From Elsinoe ampelina (lineage: Eukaryota): a stretch of DNA of 20,000 bases. The stretch's first letter is position 1. The number at the start of each line of letters is the position of its first letter. Below, in pieces: positions 11,135 to 20,000 of the stretch. The position numbers were made by a program, and so were the translations under genes. The notes under the pieces are model-generated. The model was not told the origin of the DNA. It saw only the letters and a program-made list of their open reading frames with translations, and did no database searches. Where the stretch lies: positions 809,720 to 829,719 of the forward strand of contig ML992501.1 in the NCBI GenBank assembly GCA_010093995.1, given 5' to 3'.

Positions 11135-12579
11135 TACCCCTTTACTAAGTAGCTATAACTCTATAATAGCTAGTTAGTAGACTACTAACTCGAGGGATAG
11201 CTATTATAAGAAGGCCTTATACCTCCTAGGTAGTAATAATTTAGTAAATCCATTAGCTAAGATATCTACTAATAGTGTCTATATAACTAAGATAGGACTA
11301 GATAGATCTCTAGCTTAATTAATCTCTTGTTTTAGCTAATAATAATAAATATTAATATAGTAAAGATATATATTTAGCTTCTTAATTAAAGTAGTAATAA
11401 GACTAATAGTTTACTAATTATTATACTAAATACTAACATGTTTAAGGGGATAGATAAAGGCTATTAGCCTCCTCTACTACATAGCTTACTTAGTAGTCTC
11501 TATAAGAGTAAGTAGCTTAGCCTCTATAGTTAATATTATAACTATTAATTACTTTATAGCCTTCTAGTTAATTAATCCTTAAAACATCTTAAAGAGATAG
11601 CCTTAAAAGCTCTTCCTTATTAGGTAGCTACTAAAGCTAGTATCTAATAAAGCTTAAAAGATTAGTAGTAGTATTAAGCTATTAAAGGTAAGAGCTAAAT
11701 TCTTAGTTTTATAGAAATATTAGATTACTCTATTTACTATCCTCTAGTAAGTTAGTAATAGATTTATTAGATGCTCTAACAATCTAGAAGTAGTAAAGGC
11801 TATATTAGGCCTTATAATAACTACTACAAAGTTAATAGATTCAACCTTTTACTAATATAAGTAGATCTCCTATAGTAATACTTAGCCTTTATAAGGTTTA
11901 AGTATCTTAATTAGTAGTAGTATTAACACTAGCCTTATTAGTTCTATAATAAACTTACTATATATCTATTATATATACTAGGCTTAGCTAAGCTAGAGTC
12001 TCTTTATTAGTCTATCCCTTATAACTTAGATAGCTAGAAACTAGCTTAGATCTTTAAGCACCTTTATCTTATATTTAGTATAGAGAGCTATAATAATAGT
12101 ATTAGCTTTCTCCTTATACTTCTTAAGATATATAATAGTAATATTATCTATAAAGAAGAAGATTATTACTTTAGGTATTATCTAGAGGTATAGAGCCTTA
12201 GAGGCTTAAGTAAATCTAATACTCTTTAGAGTAGTAGTAAATTTAGTATACTAGAGAGCTAGGGCTTACTTTAGGCTATATAGTGCCTTATTAAGCAATA
12301 AAATTGCCTCTAATAGAGTAATACTAGGATAGTCCTTTATAAGATTCTCTACTACTAGCTTAAATCTAGTAGGGATAGTATAGTAGGTAGTCTTATTAAT
12401 AGAACTATTAATATAAGTATTAATAACATCTATCTAAATAGCCTTTATATCTTTATAAGTAAGTAATACTATAAGCATTCTAAAGATCTTAGCTACTAGA
12501 GTTACTATATAAGTCTTAGATTCTATTAATTAAAGATTACTTCTTATATAGACTTTTACTTTATACTTTATAACCTTTC
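10875..12579 (-). mobile_element. Ty1/Copia LTR retrotransposon remnant, 3' part (RT, RNase H, PPT, 3' LTR), RIP-inactivated
   Basis: Minus-strand literal translations: YKVKVYIRSNL* (YKAKVCVRGDLQ), LLNKALYSLK*ALAL*Y (KALYGLKQAPALWY, about 12250-12298), FFFIDNI (FVDD, about 12140-12160), IN*KAIK*...TIEAKLL (IDWKATKQ...TTEAELL), *YNN**TI (CDNQQTI), YINIYYY*LKQE (HIDIHHHWLKQE), ILANGFTK (ADGFTK, about 11240-11263). Confidence 0.92.
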
Positions 12580-13042
12580 TATTACGAACTAGTAGGACAG
12601 CTAGAACGTAGGGACGTTAGGACCAATTAAGCTACTAAGATTATTACGTGACCTAGCCCGACATTTACTTAGTTCTCTATCTTCTCTAGTAGCTCTACCT
12701 CTAAAACTATAGAGCGCATAGGTTACTAGTAGACGTGTACTCTGTATTACTCCTAACTCTTACTATAGAGTATATAGAGCACACAGAGAACGTAATAGAG
12801 AATATATATATATAGGAACAGTTCTTACCTTATGTAAGTACTATAGTTAACCTTGTCTAGATAGTAAACACTAGTATTACTAAGGCTAGCCTTTGTAATA
12901 CTATCTAATTGTACTTTATTATCTATAAGATATACCTTCTCTAACTCTTACCTTAGTGCTATACTACTATAGAAGTAGAACTCTCTTATTCTTAGCTTAG
13001 CTTAGACTACTAGTGTAGACTATATTTAGATAGTTCGTAACA
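12580..13042 (+). repeat. 5' LTR of the Gypsy element
   Basis: Direct repeat of 19135-19597; ends T(A)TTACGAACT...AGTTCGTAACA form an 11-bp inverted repeat (TG mutated to TA); TATA-like (TA)6 at 12803-12814. Confidence 0.96.
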
Positions 13043-13158
13043 TTTTAACTACTCTTACTATAGCATAGTACATTACAAGGTTAATAAGTAACTCTTGCTC
13101 TAAGTTACTATTAGCATCTTCGATCGCTAGTAAGCTAGAAAAGCTTACTATTAATAAC

Positions 13159-15144
13159 ATGTCTACTACTAGTTTAACCTCGGGTAAGTATAGAAGGTCT
13201 TTTAGTATAGAGGAAGGACAGAGTAAGCCTAAGTTAGAAGTAGAACTCTTTTATAGGGACCGCGCCTACTTAAGGCGCTTCCTTGTTTAACTTAAAGCCT
13301 TTTTTGCTCTAGAGAGGAATAAGTACGCTAACAACGCAGTAAAGGTCCTCTATGCTAGGATACACCTTAAAGGCGCTACCTTCGGGTAGTTCGAGCCTTA
13401 TATAAGTAGCTACCTAGATAGATAACTAGGCCTAGATATAAAGGCTATCTTTAAGAGCTTTAGTATCTTCTAGGCAAAGATTAAGTAAGTCTTTAATATA
13501 TCTAACAAGGAACGTATCGCTATAATAAAGATCTAACAATTATAACAACGTAGGTCTATAGCCTAGTACTATTCCTAGTTCTAACAACTCGTAATGTACC
13601 TAGACTAGAACAATAGTACTAAACACTTAGTATTCTATTAAGGACTAAGTAACTTAGTTAAAGACTAAATAATACTTAAGCTGCCTAATAGCCTTTAGGA
13701 ACTAGTAGACACTATAATTACTATTAATAACAGACTTTACAAACGACATATAGAACGTTATAGAGAATATAAGGTAAATACTAGATATACGTATTCCTCC
13801 CGAAACTATAGAGACCCTATAGAACTTAATACTATACGTAAAGGCTGCCCCTTATAAGTATAAGGCTATAGCTATAGAGGAAAGTTCCTTAGTAGAAAAG
13901 AGAGAGAGAAGTACAGACGAGATAATCTATATTTTAAGTATAAAAGACCTAGGCATCGGGCTAGAGACTACTAATAAGGGGCGCTAGCTAATAGATTATA
14001 TATAATAGTTACTAGGCTAGTAGAGAAAAAGGCTAACACTACTAAAAAAGACCTAACGACCTTTAGCGTAGGTAAGGAAATATAGAAGGGGTCTATAACA
14101 ACTTAAGAGGTAATAGAATCCTCTCTAGATGTTATACTTAATATCTCTACGACTAATAGCGAATAACAAAGTTAATACGTAATACTATTATAGATAGTAT
14201 ATTATAATAACTCTTATTATATTTACTTATTAGACAAGTAGGGATCTAGTTAGTTCCTATATAAGCTATCTAAGCGTAGGCAACTAACAAAATAGCTAGA
14301 CTAGGGGCTTAACCTAGAAAGGCACTCTATAATTAGTAGTAACATTAACTAACCTTAGAAGGTAGTTAGTAACAATTACTAATATATAATTATTAAGATA
14401 AAGTATTAAGACACGAGTGCTATATAACAATATAGTAGCCTTACCTTTAGCCCTTATAGCGAACTACAAGGAAAGGTATATTATATGTTGCTCTAGAAAT
14501 ATACAAATTTAGATTATAAATAGTACTATACTATCTACTTATACGATGTACTTAGAGAAGACGCTATTAGTCTTAAATACACTATAGACTTCTCGGTAAT
14601 CGAGATAGGTAGTACTATTCCCTATAGCTAAGTAAGAGAATATACTTAGTATAGCCTTACTAATTATAACTACGCTAGAGGTAGTAGCAATAAAGAGGAA
14701 TATAACAAAGAATACACTAAACAACTATAATATAATAACATAGATAAGGACTTATCTAACAATAATAACGACGTACTACTATTAGGCGAATAACTTAAAG
14801 TATACCTTATAGGGATATAGAGGAATTATATAATAATATACACCTACTACTAGAATAGGATATAATAAGACAAATCTATATAACTTGTTTTTGTCTTTAA
14901 TACTAACGCCTAGCTATACCCGGAAGGAATAGTTATACCTATATAGGTGTATAACACTACTTAGTGTAACTAGTAGAGAATTATTAGACTTTATAGCTAC
15001 TAAGGGACTTAGGCGCTAGAAGTTTACCTTACTATATTAAATAGCGACAAAACACAACTTGTCTAATAGATATAGTACTAATAGTAGATACGTGTAGGAA
15101 GGGATTAGCTACTTATCTAAGGAGCTACAATGACAAAAAACTAG
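13159..15144 (+). pseudogene. gag: Gypsy gag (661 codons, RIP-disrupted)
   Basis: ATG 13159 is in frame with TAG 15142-15144; KVLYARIHLKGATFG*FEPY capsid segment; YRDPIELN (YGDPMELD) at about 13807; LYFKYKRPRHRARDY = RIP-altered CCHC knuckle (CxxCxxxxHxxxxC) at about 13927-13971. Confidence 0.88.
15135..15144 (+). other. Putative -1 ribosomal frameshift site A AAA AAC directly before the gag stop
   Basis: ACA AAA AAC TAG in the gag frame; pol motifs (15255, 16245) lie in the -1 frame. Confidence 0.8.
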
Positions 15145-18100
15145 CTAGTTGTTACCTAATAAGGTAAGACAATAATACTAGCTAAAGCCTTAATATAATA
15201 AAGATCTACATGTTAAATTACTTTATACTAGAAGTCTAGATATAAGAAAACAAGGTAAGAGCAATAATAGATTTAGGAGCTAACTATAGCTACGTCTCTA
15301 TAATAATTACTAATTAGCTTAAACCTTATTAACATTAGAAGGAGTTACCTTACCTACTTACTATAGCGGATAAAACCTTTATAGGGAAGAATAGAAAAGT
15401 TACTTAGAAACTACGAAACGTTATAATCTAAATCGAAATATATACGGAAAAACAATTAATTGATATAGTTAATATATAGTACAATATAGTACTTAGTATA
15501 GACTAGCTATAATAACATAACCTAGACGTAGACTAGATTAAAGAAACACTCGAATTTTCTAAGTGTAATTATAGAATATAGAGAGTATAATTAGCTCCGC
15601 GGATACTAACTATAAGGACAGTATAAGTACGACTAATAGTTAGAGCTATTACTAGCGTAAGTAATTAAGCACTTCCGCTAGAATATAAAGACTTTAAGGA
15701 CTTATTTAAAGAAAGAGAAGGTATCGTAGCCTTACTCTAATATAAACTATAGAATTACGAAATACCTTTTAAAGAGAGTAAATCCCTAATATACTATTAA
15801 GGTCTTATACTACTATCGAAACAAGAGAAGAATATCCTTAAGAACTATATCGATAAGTACTTACTTAAAGGATTTATACAACTATTAAAATTACCTATTA
15901 CACACGAAGTGCTTTTTACACCAAAAAAGGATAGAACATTATAAATATATATTAATTACTAGAAACTTAATACACTTACTAGGAAGAATTACTATTCCCT
16001 ACTAAGGATTAACAAACTTTAAGACTAACTACTTAGAGCTAAATAGTTTACTGTAGTTAATATTAGAGACGTCTATTATTAAGTATAAATAAAGGAGAGT
16101 AAGGAGTAGAAGACGGCTTTTAGGATATAATAGAGTCTATATAAGTACCTCGTTATGCCCTTTAGGTTAACTAATACTCCTATAACCTTCTAAGAGTTAA
16201 TTAATAACACTCTATAAGAATACCTTAACAATTTTATCTTAGTATATTTAGATAATATTATTATCTTCTTAAAGACGTATAATAAACATATAGGACATGT
16301 TTATAAAGTGCTATAGAAACTAAAAGAAAAAGACCTACTAGTAAAACTCTCTAAGTATAAGTTCTATAAATACAAGATATAATTTCTAGACTATATTATA
16401 TCTACTAATAGTATTAGACCTAATCTAAAGAAGATCGAGTTAGTAAACGACTAGCTAGAACCTATAATAGTTAAGGAGGTTTAAGCGCTACTAGAGTTCT
16501 TTAACTACTACTATAAGTTTATTAAGGGATTCTCTAAGGTAGCTACGCTAATATCTAACCTTACGAAAAGGGAAACTAGCTTTGTCTTTAACGAGAGATA
16601 TAGGTAGGCCTTTAAGGAGCTAAAGCTTAGACTTATAATAGTACCTGTCTTAGTACTCTTCGACCTAGACTAATAAGCACTACTAGAAACAGATACTTTA
16701 GACTTTGTAATAGAAGTGTGTCTAGCGTAGAGGGACGCGGAAGAATAACGCTACCTAATTATATATTACTTACAAAAAATGACCGGACCTAAACTTAACT
16801 ACGACATATATAATAAGGAATTACTTACGATTATAGAAGTATTCCGCAAGTAGAGAGTATACCTAGAAGAAATAACCTTACCTATATAAGTCTATATAGA
16901 CTATAAGAACCTACTATATTAGATAATAACTAAAGTTCTTAATAGACAACAGGTCCGATAGTTAGAAACACTTATAAGCTATAACTTCTAGATCTACTAT
17001 ATTAAGGGATTAGAGAATAGCGGAGTAGATGCTCTTAGCCGCTAGCTAGATTACTTAAAAAACATAACAATAATAGAGGCCTCTATACTAAAGTAGTAGG
17101 ATAGCGCTCTAGTCTATAAGTACCTAAAGGTAAAGTAGTTATATAGCCTTACCTAGGAGCTTACGTAAGAACAGAAGAAAGAAGTTATTTAAATACACTA
17201 TAATAACCTAATAGCGGGACATAGTAGGATCGATAAGACTATTAAACTTATTATATAAAACTACCTCTAGAAAGAACTCCGAAACGATATTAAGACGTAT
17301 ATTACTGCCTACGATATATGCTATAAGTCTAAGCACTCTCGACATAGACTATATAGCCTACTATAACCCTTACTACTACCGGACAAACTATAGTAATTAG
17401 TTATAATAGACTTTATAGGACCTCTACTGCTATTAGAAGAACCTCTTATAGGTGTAAAGTATAATAGTATTCTAGTTCTAGTAGATAGGTTTACGAAGTA
17501 TTACTACTTTATACTATATAAGATAATAGTAACTACTAAGGATATAGCCTTTACCTTCCTCTAAATAATTGTTTTATAACATAGAGTACTACGAGACTTA
17601 ATAACTAATAGGGATAAGCTATTTACGTTACAATTCTAGTAATTATTTATAGACCTACTAGGAGTTAAATATAAGCTATTAACCTCCTTTTACCTATAAA
17701 CGGATAGACAAACTAAACGGGCAAATTAAGTACTAGAGTAGTATCTATAATGCTATCTAAACTATAAGTAAGACTTATAGGCGACGCTATTACCGCTTAC
17801 GGAGCTCGCTATTAACAATAGAAAGTTAGTAAATAGAATTTTACTATTCTACGTAAACTATAGGATATATCTAGATCTACACTATAACATACTTAGAATT
17901 AAGCTAGTATCTAAGGATACTAACACACTAGTAGCTAACATTAAGAAACTACACGACTAGCTATACTATAATATAGCATTTATATTACAAAGAATAGTAG
18001 AGTTTACTAACCAGAAGAGAATTACAGGACTAATTCTATAGGAGAGAGAGAAAGTTTACCTCCTTAGTAAAAACATTAAAACGAAACAACCAAGTAAGAA

Positions 18101-18515
18101 ACTTAACTATACTAAACTAGGACCCTTTAAGATCCTAGAAAAGAAAAACAAGAACGTATATAAACTAGAACTACTAAGATATATAAGGATTTATCTAGTC
18201 TTTTATATATTACTACTAGAGAAAGTACTATAGAATACTATACCTAGACTTATTAAACTAGATAAAGAAACATAGGAGCTACGGTATAAGATAGAAAGAG
18301 TTTTACGTTATAAACTTATAAAAGGAAAACGCTACTATCTTATCTACTAGAAAGGACATTAGTATAGTAAGGCAATATAGGAACTAGAGGAACACTTTAC
18401 CTTATAAGTAATCCTAGAGTATTAAACTAAAAACCTATCCTAAGTAAACTAACTAGGTAGACCTAACGCTACTAATACTAAACAAAAATAAGAACGCCTA
18501 AGGAAGACTACTTAA
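15141..18515 (+). pseudogene. pol: Gypsy pol (protease, RT, RNase H, integrase, chromodomain), RIP-disrupted; 3' end approximate
   Basis: VRAIIDLGA (AMIDSGA, 15255), YLVMPFRLTNTP (VMPFGLTNAP), YLDN (YLDD, 16245-16256), ETDTLDF (ETDASD), NYDIYNKELL (NYDIHDKELL), integrase HHCC remnant (about 17195-17320), GPFKILEK, IYLVFYILLLE (IHPVFHVSLLE), chromodomain YKIERVL...YYLIY*KG...AI*ELEEH (about 18285-18395). Confidence 0.93.
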
Positions 18516-19060
18516 CTAATAAGAGCGCCCTAATTATTACTAAATAAGGAACCCTAATCGGAGTTAGGCATAAATAACTACTAATCCTATAGTAGGACAG
18601 GATTTACTAACGATAGTATTTCCTCTTGCTCTAGAACTTAAGTACGAGTTTCCTCTAGGGAAATTACTTTCTCTACCTTATCCTCTAACTTCTATATCTC
18701 TTCGTATAGGCGAAGCTTATTGCCTATAGCTCTTTAATAAGCCTCTTTTACCTTTTTATAAGCTTCTTTAGCTTTCCTTCTAGTAGCCTTAGCTATAACT
18801 AATTCCTTTTATAAATAAATATACTTAGACTAGAGATGCTACTATTCTAATTTTGTTACCTAAATATTATAACCTAAGTAGTTACTTATAACATACTAGC
18901 TATAGATACCTAACTAAATATAGACCTTATAGTCTAGCCCCTTCGATTTATAACGAGAATAAGCCTATAGCATATTAGTTCTAAATAGTTTAATAAACTC
19001 TAAGAGATTCTTTCGTGTAGATATACTAGATTCGCTATGCCTTTAACAACTAGGAGACAT
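18512..19060 (-). pseudogene. Antisense ORF3 of the Gypsy element: putative Zn(II)2Cys6-like protein with coiled coil (about 180 codons, RIP-disrupted; ends approximate)
   Basis: From ATG 19060 the frame reads ...ML*AYSRYKSKGLDYKVYI*LGIYS*YVISNYLGYNI*VTKLE**HL...; six TAT codons (expected RIP product of TGT) at spacing x2-x6-x8-x2-x7 (18961-18869), followed by an A/E/K/R-rich helical stretch. Confidence 0.7.
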
Positions 19061-19134
19061 ATTTAGTACATAGCACGTAAAGACAAGAAAGAATACTTAC
19101 TTATTAGGACAACTCGATTAAAGAAGAAGAGTAA

Positions 19135-19597
19135 TATTACGAACTAGTAGGACAGCTAGAACGTAGGGACGTTAGGACTAATTAAGCTACTAAGATTATT
19201 ATATAACCTAGCCTAATATTTACCCGGTTCTCTATCTTCTCTAGCGGCTCTACCTCTAAAACTATAAAGCGCATAGGTTACTAGCGGATATATACTCTAT
19301 ATTACTTCCGACTCTCGCTACGAAGTATGTAGAGCATATAGAGAACGTAATAGAGAATATATATATATAGGAATAGTCCTTACCTTATATAAGTACTATA
19401 GTTAACCTTGTCTAGATAGCGAACACTAGTATTGCTAAGGCTAGCCTTTGTAATACTATCTAATTGTACTTTATTATCTATAAGATATACCTTCTCTAAC
19501 TCTTACCTTAGTACTATACTACTATAGAAGTAGAACTCTCTTATTCTTAGCTTAGCTTAGACTACTAGCGTAGACTATATTTAGACAGTTCGTAACA
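19135..19597 (+). repeat. 3' LTR of the Gypsy element
   Basis: Colinear with the 5' LTR without indels; about 39 mismatches by manual count, all transitions; preceded by AAAGAAGAAGAG purine tract. Confidence 0.96.
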
Positions 19598-20000
19598 CTT
19601 TTCTTTATTATTAACTTTATAGGTAAATACCTATATTAAAGAGATAGGCTTACTAGTGCTACTAGTATAATAGTCTATATATGTTTTAAGTATAAAGTAA
19701 GTAATTTAACCTTTATAGCCTCTTAAAATTGCTTCTTATAAGGATAAGCCTTAAGTTCTCTAATATTAGCTAGTAGTAGTAGGAGATTGTCTCTTAATTC
19801 TAGCTTAGGCTAAGTTAGTATTATTAATAGATAAGTATTAAAGGCTTAGTAATATCTAGGAGCCTTATTAGTTTATATAAGAGTAGTAATATATACTTAC
19901 CTTCTTAGTTTTCTTATTCTTCTTATTATAAGAATATATTTAGGAAGAAGGTTAGCTAACCTTATAGTAATTCTTTAAGGGAGTTACTTAGGCTAAGCTT
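19598..20000 (-). mobile_element. Continuation of the Ty1/Copia element (upstream part of RT), running beyond the window
   Basis: Minus strand KPISLI*VFTYKVNNKEK (WVFTYK motif) joins in frame to VIKYK... at 12574 after removing the Gypsy element and one TSD copy. Confidence 0.9.

Larger units (their letters stand above)
12580..19597 (+). mobile_element. Full-length Ty3/Gypsy chromovirus-type LTR retrotransposon (7018 bp), RIP-inactivated
   Basis: Two 463-bp LTRs, 5-bp TSD CTTTC (12575-12579) / CTTTT (19598-19602), domain order gag-PR-RT-RH-IN-chromodomain, purine tract at about 19120-19131. Confidence 0.97.
10875..20000. repeat. AT-rich RIP-mutated repeat block
   Basis: Abrupt GC drop near 10900; strong TpA excess and CpA/TpG depletion; essentially no ORFs; retroelement motifs recoverable by reversing C>T/G>A changes. 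Confidence 0.97.

Noticed and set aside
14539..14724. 61-aa hydrophobic minus-strand ORF in the repeat block
   Set aside because: Chance ORF antisense to RIP-degraded gag; hydrophobicity follows from AT richness.
10875..20000. AT-rich block as horizontally acquired DNA, organellar insert or alternative genetic code
   Set aside because: Stops and substitutions sit at Trp/Gln/Cys/Asp positions of retroelement motifs, as C>T/G>A RIP predicts.

Overview
Genomic DNA of a filamentous ascomycete (short 45-90 nt introns with CTRAC/CTAAT branch sites, heavy RIP), in two sharply separated compartments. 1-10874 is a GC-balanced genic region: a secreted GH3 beta-glucosidase/xylosidase (4 exons), a fungal Cys/His-motif hypothetical protein, a DHA1-type MFS transporter and a convergent Zn(II)2Cys6 transcription factor that looks pseudogenised (two frameshifts, one nonsense codon, one GC-AG intron). 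10875-20000 is an AT-rich RIP-degraded repeat block: a minus-strand Ty1/Copia element whose probable 3' LTR ends 26 bp upstream of the TF start codon, interrupted inside its RT by a complete 7018-bp Ty3/Gypsy chromovirus (463-bp LTRs, 5-bp TSD, gag, -1 slippery site, pol with chromodomain). The most notable signal, invisible in the ORF track, is an antisense third ORF in the Gypsy element which, when RIP changes are reversed, has exact Zn(II)2Cys6 spacing followed by a coiled-coil-like segment.
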